Part shown: positions 35,584 to 45,290 of the stretch, in pieces
Numbering within the stretch: position 1 is the first letter of the stretch
Layout of the letters: each line of letters opens with the position of its first letter
DNA from: a virus
Length of the DNA: 64,000 nt
IMG/VR virus record: IMGVR_UViG_3300036790_000270
Coordinates: 1-64,000 of that record
Direction: 5' to 3' (one strand)
Program-made: the position numbers and the translations under genes
Notes under the pieces: generated by a model
Databases searched by the model: none
Seen by the model: the letters and a program-made list of their open reading frames with translations, nothing else
What the model was told of the DNA's origin: nothing

Positions 35584-35861
35584 AAAACCTGGCGACCTAC
35601 CTGGCGCACTTCCACCTAACGGGATTCGGCTGGTACTGGGTCGTCTGGTTCGTCTTCGGTTTCGGCGTGCCCGAAGCGTACGGACTGCTCCGCAACACCC
35701 AGGACACCCTGAGCTGGCAGTTCTGGGGACTTGAGCGCATTAACTTCCAGCATCCTTTCGATTTCTCTGACTGGACCTGGGAGCACTACCTGATCGGCGT
35801 CATGCTGCTAGCCGGCTTCGTGTGGCTTTTCTTTCACCTGGTTGACGGTATCTGGCGCTAG
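35580..35861 (+). CDS. two-TM membrane protein
   Basis: aromatic-rich TM helices; GTGA overlap. Confidence 0.6.
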   Translation: MKNLATYLAHFHLTGFGWYWVVWFVFGFGVPEAYGLLRNTQDTLSWQFWGLERINFQHPFDFSDWTWEHYLIGVMLLAGFVWLFFHLVDGIWR

Positions 35862-35882
35862 GTACGCGCCCTGCTGACCAGC

Positions 35883-35947
35883 TAACCTTGAGCTGAACCG
35901 CCCTACGGCCGCATCCGGAGCTAGGGCACCCGACGAAGGGTGTCCAC
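35883..35947 (+). promoter_or_regulatory. late promoter plus leader hairpin motif C
   Basis: TAACCT; CCCTA-CGG-CCG...CGG-AGC-TAGGG. Confidence 0.7.
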
Positions 35948-36268
35948 GTGCGTGATATTCCGCTGATCGCTCCGCAGCCGCAGGGCTGGTACTGCCCCAA
36001 CTGCCTCGTCACCGACGTCACCGCGCCGCTGCCACCGGGCCAGTCGCGCTATCACGCCTGCGCGGGCCTGCACGGGCTGAATGCTCCCCTGATCCGGTCG
36101 GGCCTGGACGCCAAGGTTGAGGCTGAGGAGCGCCAGGACTACCTCAACGGCGACCAGCAGGCGACCGGTGACGACGGCAAGGTCTACATGGCCGTGCGGA
36201 CCACCCGCGATGACGGCGACGACGTGACCGTATTCGCGGGCCTCGCCCACGCAGAGATGAAGGTGTGA
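35948..36268 (+). CDS. hypothetical protein (WYCPNC...HAC)
   Basis: 106 aa ORF following motif C. Confidence 0.65.
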   Translation: MRDIPLIAPQPQGWYCPNCLVTDVTAPLPPGQSRYHACAGLHGLNAPLIRSGLDAKVEAEERQDYLNGDQQATGDDGKVYMAVRTTRDDGDDVTVFAGLAHAEMKV

Positions 36269-36272
36269 CCTA

Positions 36273-36647
36273 ATGGCTTATGTTTCCTTCACGGCGTTCC
36301 CTCGGCGTCATGACCTAGTGGACGAAATTTTCGACGCTTTCAACTCGAACGGGATCTATACCAGTGGCTACTACGACAGTTCCGGTATCGACCGACTCCG
36401 GGTAGCTTCTTACAACCTCAACGGCACGGATATTACTTTCCAGGTGCAGGAGAGTCAGCTCAGTTCAGGGAGTGATTCTGGCGAGGTAGATGAAGGCGCC
36501 GTACAGGTTGTCCGCCAGCAGAGTCTGACCGTAGCCACTGACAACTCGGTGTACTGCGAGGTTCCATTGACGGGAAGATTTTTCTGTTTGGTTCTACAGA
36601 ACGGTGAAGTAGATTCACCCATCGTGATCACGCTTAGGGCGGTCTGA
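36273..36647 (+). CDS. hypothetical protein with lower GC
   Basis: 124 aa beta-rich ORF with AT-richer codons. Confidence 0.55.
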   Translation: MAYVSFTAFPRRHDLVDEIFDAFNSNGIYTSGYYDSSGIDRLRVASYNLNGTDITFQVQESQLSSGSDSGEVDEGAVQVVRQQSLTVATDNSVYCEVPLTGRFFCLVLQNGEVDSPIVITLRAV

Positions 36648-36648
36648 A

Positions 36649-37173
36649 ATGTCCTGGTCTGTTAGTGCCATCTTCCAGCAGTCACTGCTGAACCCGCTGA
36701 TGGGCAAGGCCACCGGGTCTACCAACCCCACCACTTTCGGGAGCTGGACGGCCGACACCATCGACGTCGCCCTGTTCCTGACTGGCGCTACCCCGGATAA
36801 AACGGCGGCGTTTGCCTCAATCGGTTACAACACAGGCAGCGTTTGGACTACGGCGAATGAGGCCCCGGGCACCGGCGGGTACACCCAGGGCGGCACGGCG
36901 CTCGCGTCCAAGGCGAACACCGTTGACTCAGGTTCTTCTTCCCTGTGCTTCACGGCGGCTAACCCAAGCTGGACGAGTGCCACCATCTCCGGCGTGTTCG
37001 GGGACTTCGTCTACGATGCCTCGATCACCGCTACCGGCAGCACCGTCACCAAGCAGGGGCTCTGCTTCAACTACTTCGGCGGCTCGCAGTCGGTCACCTC
37101 GGGCACCTTCACCATTCAGTGGGCCACCCCGCCCAGCGGCGGCGTTACCGCGGTCTTCAACGTCAGCGTCTGA
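36649..37173 (+). CDS. minor virion structural protein
   Basis: DTIDVAL...GYTQGG.AL...AANPSW...GTFTIQW pattern typical of phage virion accessory proteins. Confidence 0.65.
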   Translation: MSWSVSAIFQQSLLNPLMGKATGSTNPTTFGSWTADTIDVALFLTGATPDKTAAFASIGYNTGSVWTTANEAPGTGGYTQGGTALASKANTVDSGSSSLCFTAANPSWTSATISGVFGDFVYDASITATGSTVTKQGLCFNYFGGSQSVTSGTFTIQWATPPSGGVTAVFNVSV

Positions 37174-37208
37174 CCTTCCCTCCGCTTTACCCCGGGAGGC
37201 GGTGAGGC

Positions 37209-38708
37209 ATGACGATCGCCGCCGTGCCGTCGGGTGGCGCGCTTGGTTCCGCGACCGCCAAGACATTCACCCTGACGCCCAGTACCGTCGGCGACTTCAT
37301 CCTGCTCTGGGTGACCGCGGAGACCGTTGCGGATTATGCCGTTTCGATCAGTAGCAGCAACATCAGCTGGGTTGTCACGCCCCTGGTCGCCCATCACGCG
37401 TTTACGAACAACCTGGTCGTTCAGTCTGTTTTCATCGGTGAGGTCACCAGCACCAGCGGTGCCACGCAGACAATCGTTACGGCCGCGGGCAGCCCGACGC
37501 TCCGGATCGCCTGGCAGGAATTCAGCACTACGGCCGGGTACGCGTCGATCACCCTCAACGTATCGGGTACCACAGACACCCTTTCTAGCGGCACGATGCC
37601 GCCGGTCACCACCACCGTTACCGGTTGCACTTACGCGGGCTACGTCTACGACAACGGCTCCGGTGTCATCGGTACTACCAGCGGTTACAAGTACCAGCTA
37701 GACACCAACAGCAACCAGTACGCGTACAGCACGACGCCTCTGGGCATTAGCACCTACACCCCGAATATCGGTGACGCGAACGGCACGTCCGGTATCGCTG
37801 TCGCCGTCTACGAGGCCGGGGTCACAGCCAGCGCCGGCCTCGCCCACGGCACGGGCGCCGCCCTGCAGCCGCAGGCAGGCTCCGTCGGCCTTCCGGCCGG
37901 CACTGGCACCGCCCAGCCGCCGACAGCGCAGGTCACTGCCCTTGCGGGGCTCGCCCACGGTGCCGGCACCGCGCAGCAGCCGCAGTTCGGCATTGCTAAC
38001 CCGCCTGCCGCCACGGGCACCGGCACCGCGCAGCAGCCGGCCGCTCAGGTCACTGCCCTCGCCGGGCTCGCGCACGCTGCCGGTACCTCCTTCCAGGTGC
38101 CGGCGCCCGCGGGGCTCGCGCACGGCACCGGCACCGCGCAGCAGCCGTCAAAGCTCGTCGAGCCGTCTGCCGGGCTAGCCGCCGGGGCCGGCAACGTGTT
38201 CCAGCCGACACCGCGCATCCTGCGCAACCCGCAGAACCTCGGTGCCGTCGTCACCCCGCTCGGTCCTAACGCGACCGCCGAGCTTCCGGTCACCGGCGGC
38301 ACCCTCACCCTCGCTGACCTGGGCGCGACCTTCGCCCTGGCTAACCTCGGCGCAAGCCTGACGGGATGGACCATGCAGACAGCCACGCTGAACATCCTTG
38401 AGTTCAACGACGTGACGATCAACCTCGCCATTACCAACAACGGCAGCGCGTACAACCTGGCGTCCGCCACGCTGAACATGCTGTTCAAGAGCGCCGCCGG
38501 CACGCCGGACGCGGACGCGCTGCTCTTCTCCTCCGCGGGCGGCTCCCCGGCCATCACCATCACCAACTCAGCTGGCGGCCTGGCGACCGTGCAGATCCCC
38601 AACGACGACCTGGATACCGAGGCGTACAACTTCTACCGGGTCGACGTGGTTGTCGGCGGGTTCCAGAACACCTGCATCAGCGGGTCGGTCACCTGGACGA
38701 GCCTGTAG
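37209..38708 (+). CDS. Thr/Ala-rich virion protein with AGLAHGTGTAQQP repeats
   Basis: internal repeats; beta-rich termini. Confidence 0.7.
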   Translation: MTIAAVPSGGALGSATAKTFTLTPSTVGDFILLWVTAETVADYAVSISSSNISWVVTPLVAHHAFTNNLVVQSVFIGEVTSTSGATQTIVTAAGSPTLRIAWQEFSTTAGYASITLNVSGTTDTLSSGTMPPVTTTVTGCTYAGYVYDNGSGVIGTTSGYKYQLDTNSNQYAYSTTPLGISTYTPNIGDANGTSGIAVAVYEAGVTASAGLAHGTGAALQPQAGSVGLPAGTGTAQPPTAQVTALAGLAHGAGTAQQPQFGIANPPAATGTGTAQQPAAQVTALAGLAHAAGTSFQVPAPAGLAHGTGTAQQPSKLVEPSAGLAAGAGNVFQPTPRILRNPQNLGAVVTPLGPNATAELPVTGGTLTLADLGATFALANLGASLTGWTMQTATLNILEFNDVTINLAITNNGSAYNLASATLNMLFKSAAGTPDADALLFSSAGGSPAITITNSAGGLATVQIPNDDLDTEAYNFYRVDVVVGGFQNTCISGSVTWTSL

Positions 38709-38734
38709 CCTTTCCCGGCTGCCTGACGTGCCGT

Positions 38735-38806
38735 TAAACTCAAGGGGAACTGCCGCGGCCTGAACCAGGAGCCGGCATCGGGATTGACCACGATGCCGGA
38801 GTCCTG
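38735..38806 (+). promoter_or_regulatory. late promoter plus leader hairpin motif D
   Basis: TAAACT; TGCCG-CGG-CCTG...CAGG-AGC-CGGCA. Confidence 0.7.
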
Positions 38807-39223
38807 ATGACGATCCTCCTGTCCAGCACTTTCACCGACAACCTGCTCGGCACGGGAACTGAGGGCGTCGCCACCCAGATCGGCAGCGGCACGCTCATTA
38901 TTTACAGTGGCGCTGCCCCGGCGGGCCCGAACGAGTCCCTGTCCGGCAACACGGCGCTGGCGACTTTTACGTTCTCAGTTGCGGGCAGCCAGGGCTCTCC
39001 GGCCGGCGGCGTGATGGACCTGGCGTTCTCCGCTACCACTGTCACCGCCGCCGCCTCCGCGACCGCGACGTTCTTCCGCATTGCCAGCTCGGGCAGCACC
39101 GCCCTGATCCAGGGGACGGTAGCTGTCAGCGGCGGGGACTTCAACCTGTCCAGCACGGCCATCACCTCCGGCGACAACGTAACCATTACCGGCACGCCGA
39201 CGATCTCCTGGCCGGTGAGCTAA
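38807..39223 (+). CDS. minor virion structural protein
   Basis: GTLIIYSG..P...ATFFRI...QGTV..SGGD.NL. Confidence 0.7.
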   Translation: MTILLSSTFTDNLLGTGTEGVATQIGSGTLIIYSGAAPAGPNESLSGNTALATFTFSVAGSQGSPAGGVMDLAFSATTVTAAASATATFFRIASSGSTALIQGTVAVSGGDFNLSSTAITSGDNVTITGTPTISWPVS

Positions 39224-39225
39224 CC

Positions 39226-39840
39226 ATGGCCAACCAGCAGTGGGTCTGCCTGCTTAACGGCGGCAACCCGTACAGCGCCGGCGCCGGCGCCGCCCTTAGC
39301 TCGGCTGCCACGGCCACCATCTCGCCGGTTAACGGCGTCGCCTCCAACCCGCCGGACATGGCGCAGGTTCAGGCAGCCGGCCAGTCTTACGGCTGGTACC
39401 CCGGCATGCTGGTCCGCGTCACCGCCCGCGGGTACCTCACCACCACTGGCACCAGCGGCACCGTCACGTTCTTCCTCGCTAGCCGGGTCGGTAACTCCGG
39501 CAGCACCTGGGTCACCCTCGCGACCGCCGCCGCCCTGACTACCGGGACGGGCTCGCTAGCCGGCCTGCAGTGGGAGCTGGACGCGCTGTCCCAGTGCACT
39601 GCGGTCGCCGCCACCGGGAACACGGTATCGACGCAGGGGAACCTCACCCTTGTCCCCGTCGCCGCCCAGACGATTCCCACTGGCACCGCGGACATCGTCC
39701 TGTCCCTGCCGAACGCCTCCGGTGTGACCGCGGCGGCGGTCGACACCACGCAGCTGCAGGGGATCTCCATGCGCTGCACCCAGGCGACCAGCGCGTGCAC
39801 CGTCCAGCTCACCCAGTGGCTTGTAGAAGCACTGGACTAG
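39226..39840 (+). CDS. Thr/Ala-rich virion protein
   Basis: 204 aa ORF in the structural operon. Confidence 0.65.
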   Translation: MANQQWVCLLNGGNPYSAGAGAALSSAATATISPVNGVASNPPDMAQVQAAGQSYGWYPGMLVRVTARGYLTTTGTSGTVTFFLASRVGNSGSTWVTLATAAALTTGTGSLAGLQWELDALSQCTAVAATGNTVSTQGNLTLVPVAAQTIPTGTADIVLSLPNASGVTAAAVDTTQLQGISMRCTQATSACTVQLTQWLVEALD

Positions 39841-39872
39841 CCAGGCCGCCCGTGCCCGGAGGGCGGTGACGC

Positions 39873-42260
39873 ATGACGACCTACCGGCTGTTCCCGTCCA
39901 CCAGCGGGCCGTCGGCCGCCACCAGCTTCAGCGGCGCCTACGGGACCGGCACCAAGTTCCAGGTGACCGCGGGCGGCCTGTGGCTGGCCGGCTTCTGGTG
40001 GTGGGTGTGCGCAACGGGCTCGCAGTCCACCGCGGCGCAGCCGTTCTGCCTGTGGCAGGTGACTGCGTCAGCGGCAGGAATACTCCTGTCCCCGGGTGTG
40101 TCCGTCACTTCCGGCACCTTGTCCGCCGGGTGGAACTACGTCCCGCTGGCCACCCCGGTTGCCCTTACGCAGGGTGCCACTTACCAGGCGGCGACTGCGT
40201 TCAGCAACGCGTTCCCGCTGACCAACAGCCAGTACGCCACCGGTGGCGCCTACGCGGCGGGCATCGTCAACGGGCCGCTCACCGCGTTCAGCGACGGCAC
40301 CGGCACCAACCCGGACCCGTACAGCAACAGCCAGTGCGCCTACCAGACCTCAAGTACCGACCCGACGGTCACGTTCGCCACCGACGGGGACTCCGGGTTC
40401 AACGGCTGGCTGGACGTCCAGGTCACCGACCAGGCGCCCGCCGGGGCCAGCTACCGGATCTGGCCGGACTACCCGGACGTGCTGGTCGGCGTCAGCAGCG
40501 ACACCACCGGCTACATCCTGGCCACCGAGTTCTCCGTGTCGGCGGCCAGCGCGCTCGACCGGATCTGGCACTACTCGCCGTCCGGCGCCGCCTCCCTGCC
40601 GACCCGCTGCAGTATCTGGAACGTCTCCACCACGACGGAGCTCAGCGGCGCGGGTAACACCTCACCGGCGTGGCTGCTGCCCGGCGGCGCCAGTGCCTCG
40701 GCCGGCGGCGGCTGGGTCTACTGCGACTACACCTCTGCAGGGGTAACGCTGGCTGCCGGCACCAGTTACAAGGTCGCCACCTACCACGCCAGCGGCAGCG
40801 AGTGGATGGCGGTCACCCCGGACTACTGGTCAACCGGCGCCGGCACGTCCGGGATCACCAACGGCGTCATCTCCGCGCCGAACAGCGCCTCGGCCAGTCC
40901 CGGGCAGGGCTCGTACGAGACGACCTGGTCCTATCCGTCGCTGTTCATCACCGGCGGTGAGAACTACTGGGTCGACGCGGAGGTCACCCCGCTCACCGCT
41001 ACGGCCGTGCTGCCCGTCCCGCCGCTGCCCGTTCCCCCCGGGCGCCTGTCCCCGGCGGCCTTCCGCTTCTACGCCCGCCCGGTGTCAAGCCCCGCGGCGG
41101 CGGTTAACGCCGAGTCCGGCTCGCTTGCTGTCGCACTGCCCGCCCTCACCACAGCCCTGGCGGGCGCGACCGGGCACAAGGGCCCGCTTGCCGTCACGCT
41201 GCCCACCCTGACGACGTCGCTGGCGGGTACTGCCCAGCACACCGAATCAGGTTCCCTCGCTATCGCGCTGCCGACCCTGACGACGACGCTGACCGGTGCC
41301 GACGGGCATAACGGCGCACTGGCGGTCACGCTGCCCGCCGTGGCGACCAGCCTGGCCGGAACCGCGCAGCACACGGAATCCGGCTCTTTCACGGTCACGC
41401 TGCCGACGCCGGCGACCTCGCTGACCGGTGCCGACGGGCACGGCGGCGCGCTTTCCGTCGTGCTTCCCGCAATGGTGACGTCGCTGAATGCGGCGCGGGG
41501 CGGCGGCGGTGCCTTCACGATCACGCTGCCGGCTCTTGTCACCTCGCTGGCGGGTACCGCGCAGCACACCGAGTCGGGCCCGCTTGCCGTCGTGCTGCCC
41601 GCGCTAGTTAGCAGCCTGACGGGCGCGGCCGGGCACAAGGGCCCGTTCACGGTCACGCTGCCGACCCTGGCGACATTGCTGGCGGGCACGTCGCAGCACA
41701 CCGAGTCCGGGCCGTTCACGGTCACGCTGCCGGCTCTCGTCACGTCGCTGACCGGAACCAACGGGACGCCAGGCGCGGTAACCGGCGCGTTCCTGATCGA
41801 GCTGCCCCCCGGCAAGCGTGACCAGGCGGAAACCGGGCCGCTCGCGCTGCCGCTGCCGGCCCTGTCCCTGAGCCTGACCGGGGAGCACGGCCGCCAGGGC
41901 GCCCTGCAGCTGGCACTGCCGGCACTCGTCACCGGGCTGGCCGGCCACGCGCCGGTCGTGATCCCCGGGGCGTTCACCCCGTCGCTTCCCGTCCCGGTAA
42001 CCGGCCTGACCGGGAAGGTCGCGCACTGCGGCCCGCTAGGGATCTCGTTCGGGATACCCGGTGACGGCCTGACCCGCTTCCAGATGTTCGGCGCTGAGTC
42101 TCGCGGCGCCGCCGTGCTAACGCTTCCCGTGCCCCGGCTGACCATGGCCGCGCAGGTACCCGACGAGCCAGGCACCCGTTCCCATTTCCGGCTCGGCCGC
42201 TGGATTTCCGCCCGGCTGCCCCGCAAGTACAGCCAGACCGAAGAAGAGGAGACACCGTGA
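39873..42260 (+). CDS. virion fibre/decoration protein with two DUF4082-like domains and LP.L.TSL.G repeats
   Basis: GWNYVPLATPVAL...Y and NYWVDAEV motifs; about 12 repeats of 21-23 aa. Confidence 0.7.
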   Translation: MTTYRLFPSTSGPSAATSFSGAYGTGTKFQVTAGGLWLAGFWWWVCATGSQSTAAQPFCLWQVTASAAGILLSPGVSVTSGTLSAGWNYVPLATPVALTQGATYQAATAFSNAFPLTNSQYATGGAYAAGIVNGPLTAFSDGTGTNPDPYSNSQCAYQTSSTDPTVTFATDGDSGFNGWLDVQVTDQAPAGASYRIWPDYPDVLVGVSSDTTGYILATEFSVSAASALDRIWHYSPSGAASLPTRCSIWNVSTTTELSGAGNTSPAWLLPGGASASAGGGWVYCDYTSAGVTLAAGTSYKVATYHASGSEWMAVTPDYWSTGAGTSGITNGVISAPNSASASPGQGSYETTWSYPSLFITGGENYWVDAEVTPLTATAVLPVPPLPVPPGRLSPAAFRFYARPVSSPAAAVNAESGSLAVALPALTTALAGATGHKGPLAVTLPTLTTSLAGTAQHTESGSLAIALPTLTTTLTGADGHNGALAVTLPAVATSLAGTAQHTESGSFTVTLPTPATSLTGADGHGGALSVVLPAMVTSLNAARGGGGAFTITLPALVTSLAGTAQHTESGPLAVVLPALVSSLTGAAGHKGPFTVTLPTLATLLAGTSQHTESGPFTVTLPALVTSLTGTNGTPGAVTGAFLIELPPGKRDQAETGPLALPLPALSLSLTGEHGRQGALQLALPALVTGLAGHAPVVIPGAFTPSLPVPVTGLTGKVAHCGPLGISFGIPGDGLTRFQMFGAESRGAAVLTLPVPRLTMAAQVPDEPGTRSHFRLGRWISARLPRKYSQTEEEETP

Positions 42261-43291
42261 GCGCCCAGGTGTATTACGATTCGCCGACTGAGGCGTCTGC
42301 GATCGTCCCGGTCACCTTTACCGCTGCAACGGGCGTCGTCACCGACCCGAGCTCGATTAGCTGCGTCGTCGTCGACCCGACCGGCGCGCAGGTCACCTAC
42401 ACCTACGGCGCGTCGGGCCCGGACAACACGATCACCCGCACCGCGTCGGGAAACTACGCGCTGAACCTCACCGGGATCGACCTGGCGGGGCTGTACACGA
42501 CGATCTGGGTCGGCACCGGCAACGGCGTCCAGCAGACGAGCCCGTACACGGTGCGCATCGTCCCGCTGTCTGCCGTCGGTACCGGGATGCAGTACTGGTA
42601 CACCGGCCGGGAAGAACTCAAGTCCCGGCTGAACATCACCGACAGCAACTCGGACTACGAGATCCAGATTGCCATCCAGGCGGTCACTAACTGGATAAAC
42701 TCGTACGCCGGCCGTCACTTCTACCAGCTCACCGAGACGCGGACGTACTGCCCGACGAATATCTGGGAGCTGGCAGTCGACGATATCGTGTCGACGCCCG
42801 CTGTCGCCGCGGCCACCCAGGTCAACCTGGATTATGACGGCGACGGCATCTACGAGGTCAACTGGGGAAACCCGGCGCCCCCGGTCGGCACCGGCCTCAA
42901 CTACGTACTGAAGCTGGGCACCCCGGGCAATTACGAGGACAACTACAACGTCAACTCAGCTGGCGTCCCCCGGCCGTACACCCAGCTGCAGGCCCTCATG
43001 AGCGGGCAGGGCGAGGACCCCGCAGGCGGCGGCTGGCTGCCCTTTATCTGGCCCTACACCCACCTTAACCGGGTGCAGGTCATCGCCACCTGGGGCTGGC
43101 CCGTTATCCCGCCGAGCGTCGCCCAGGCCTCGTTGCTGCTGTGCACCGACGTCTTCAAGTCAAAAGACGCGCCCTGGGGTATTGCCGGGACAGCCGAAAC
43201 CGGGCTGATGCGCGTGCAAAGTAACCCGTGGGCAGTCGAATTCCTGCACGATTTCATCAACACGCGCAGGAAGGTGGGAGTTTTATACTAA
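42257..43291 (+). CDS. head-tail adaptor with an extra N-terminal domain
   Basis: YTGREELKSRL, WINSYAGRHFY, VQVIATWGWP.IP.SVAQASL. Confidence 0.75.
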   Translation: MSAQVYYDSPTEASAIVPVTFTAATGVVTDPSSISCVVVDPTGAQVTYTYGASGPDNTITRTASGNYALNLTGIDLAGLYTTIWVGTGNGVQQTSPYTVRIVPLSAVGTGMQYWYTGREELKSRLNITDSNSDYEIQIAIQAVTNWINSYAGRHFYQLTETRTYCPTNIWELAVDDIVSTPAVAAATQVNLDYDGDGIYEVNWGNPAPPVGTGLNYVLKLGTPGNYEDNYNVNSAGVPRPYTQLQALMSGQGEDPAGGGWLPFIWPYTHLNRVQVIATWGWPVIPPSVAQASLLLCTDVFKSKDAPWGIAGTAETGLMRVQSNPWAVEFLHDFINTRRKVGVLY

Positions 43292-43442
43292 GGCTTTTCG
43301 TATGCTGTTCTCATGCGCGAGGTTCAGTTGCACGGGAAGGTGCGGTCCCGGCGTGCATCCTTTGGGTTACGTCCGTGGGGTGGCCGGGACCGCAGCCTGT
43401 ACAGCACCGGGCTTCCGTGTTTTAGTCCCGTAAGGTGAGGTC

Positions 43443-44453
43443 ATGGCGCCGAAGGCTAAGGTCACCGCGGTCTCGTCGAAGACCACGTCCACGGCGGCCA
43501 GCGGGCTGCAGCTGTCGGCCGCGCAGTGGAAGGTGTACAGCTCTGTTTACACCGCTACCCAGCGCAGGCTGGCGATCGCCGCTGCCGCCAAGTCGCTGCG
43601 CAAGTCCCGGCTGAGCGCCGCCTACGCGACGCAGAAGAAGGCCGCGGTGGCGCGCTCGGTTGCCTCGGCGGCGGCGATCGCCGCGAACGCGACCCGGGTG
43701 TCCTACCGGAACTCGGTGCTGGCGCACCAGAACACCGCGCTGAAGAACCGGGTGTACGCGGACATGGCGCAGCACATGACGATCGCCGGGCGCGCCCAGT
43801 ACATCGCCGGCGGCGAGAAGTCCTACGCGCAGGCCGCCGTCTTGCGGACGCTCACCACCGCGCAGGCCACCACCATCGAGGCGGCCACGTTCGCGAAGGC
43901 CGTCAAGACGGCGAAGGTAGCGGCCAGCGGCGCGAAGGTAACCGTGGCGGGCGCTGCGATAGCGAAGGCAGCCAAGGCCGCCGCGACCGCTGCCGCGAAA
44001 GCCTCCCCGGCCGGCCGTACCGCGCCCCGCCCCGCTCACCTGATGCTGCCGCTGTTCCGCGAGCCGTTCGGCGACCCCGAGGGCTACGACTGCGTCGCGG
44101 CGGCGATCGCCACCCACCTTGACTTCCGCACGGCCTACCGGATGACGCCGCAGGAGTACGGCACGCTGACCGCCCGGCTCGGGGACGGGCCGGCCCTGGA
44201 GGACGCGCTGAATGTCGTAGCCGGGGACGGCCTCAGCGGCTCCTACCGCCTCAGCAGCTTCGGCCTGACGGAGCCGCGGGCGGGCACGCGCCTGGTCGCC
44301 GGCTTTGCCACGGCTAACGGGCCGCACGCTGCGCTGCTGCTGTCAGACCTGCTGGTCTTCAGCTGGGGTGAGGTGCTGAGGCTGCAGGACGTGATGCTCC
44401 CGGGAACCGCGATCGAGGAGGCCTGGGACCTGACCTGGGAGCCGCTAGGCTGA
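43443..44453 (+). CDS. Ala/Lys-rich protein with a C-terminal papain-like peptidase domain (putative)
   Basis: YDCVAAAIA ... GPHAALL ... FSWG. Confidence 0.55.
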   Translation: MAPKAKVTAVSSKTTSTAASGLQLSAAQWKVYSSVYTATQRRLAIAAAAKSLRKSRLSAAYATQKKAAVARSVASAAAIAANATRVSYRNSVLAHQNTALKNRVYADMAQHMTIAGRAQYIAGGEKSYAQAAVLRTLTTAQATTIEAATFAKAVKTAKVAASGAKVTVAGAAIAKAAKAAATAAAKASPAGRTAPRPAHLMLPLFREPFGDPEGYDCVAAAIATHLDFRTAYRMTPQEYGTLTARLGDGPALEDALNVVAGDGLSGSYRLSSFGLTEPRAGTRLVAGFATANGPHAALLLSDLLVFSWGEVLRLQDVMLPGTAIEEAWDLTWEPLG

Positions 44454-44523
44454 GCTACATGGGAAGTTCCGGGAACAAGAAGCCATTCGACGCCGCTGCC
44501 GCCCGCGATCTCGACGAGACCCG

Positions 44524-44997
44524 GTGAACCTGACGGTTATCAGGGCCGCGCTCGCCGCGCAGGTCAACGCGGTAGCCTCGCCCGCGCTGCGCATGCTGCC
44601 CGAGCCCGAGGACCAGATCAACCCGCCCGTCGGGATCGTCATGCCGGGGCGCCCGTACGTTGACTACGCCACCACGCTGCAGGGCGAAACGGGGTTCGGG
44701 CCGGTTCTCGGCGGTACCGCGACCCCGCTGTCGGAGACGAACTTCAACCTGGACATCCTGGTCCTGATCTCGCACGCCTCCACCCTGGAGCGGATCGAGC
44801 AGAACCTGGACGCGTGGCTCGGCCTGGAGAACGACGGCACGGCCGTGTCAGTTGCCGCCGCGGTCTTGTCTGACATCACCCTCGGCGGTACCGTCCGCTG
44901 GTGCATCCCGACGACCGCTGACGCACCGGGTCCCCTTGCCTGGAGCGGCCCCGAGGCATTCGGCAGCCGCGTCCACCTGCAGTTGTCCGCCTTGTGA
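44524..44997 (+). CDS. tail terminator-like protein
   Basis: IRAALAAQ...LDAWL...SVAAAV.SD.TLGG.V; position in the operon. Confidence 0.65.
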   Translation: MNLTVIRAALAAQVNAVASPALRMLPEPEDQINPPVGIVMPGRPYVDYATTLQGETGFGPVLGGTATPLSETNFNLDILVLISHASTLERIEQNLDAWLGLENDGTAVSVAAAVLSDITLGGTVRWCIPTTADAPGPLAWSGPEAFGSRVHLQLSAL

Positions 44998-45290
44998 TGG
45001 CGCACGCTTACCTGTCGACCGCCTGCTATCACAGCAAGCACGGCGTCTTGTGCCGCCAGACGTGCAAGTACTGTGACGCGCCCTGCTCGTGCACCTGCCA
45101 CCGGGGCATTCTCCCGGTACCGTGGGTCGATCAGGCGCGAGCCGTTGCTGCGGAGCTGTTCAGCGCGATTTACCCGGCTGACGTGCCCGATGCCCTAGCG
45201 CAGCGAATCGAGACTGACCCGGCCTTGTTCTGGCTGCGCGGCGAGATAGCACCGGACGGGCAATGGCACGAACCTGGGGACGAGGGTTAG
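44994..45290 (+). CDS. Cys/His-rich small protein
   Basis: HAYLSTACYH..H..C...CKYC...C.C.CH. Confidence 0.6.
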   Translation: MMAHAYLSTACYHSKHGVLCRQTCKYCDAPCSCTCHRGILPVPWVDQARAVAAELFSAIYPADVPDALAQRIETDPALFWLRGEIAPDGQWHEPGDEG

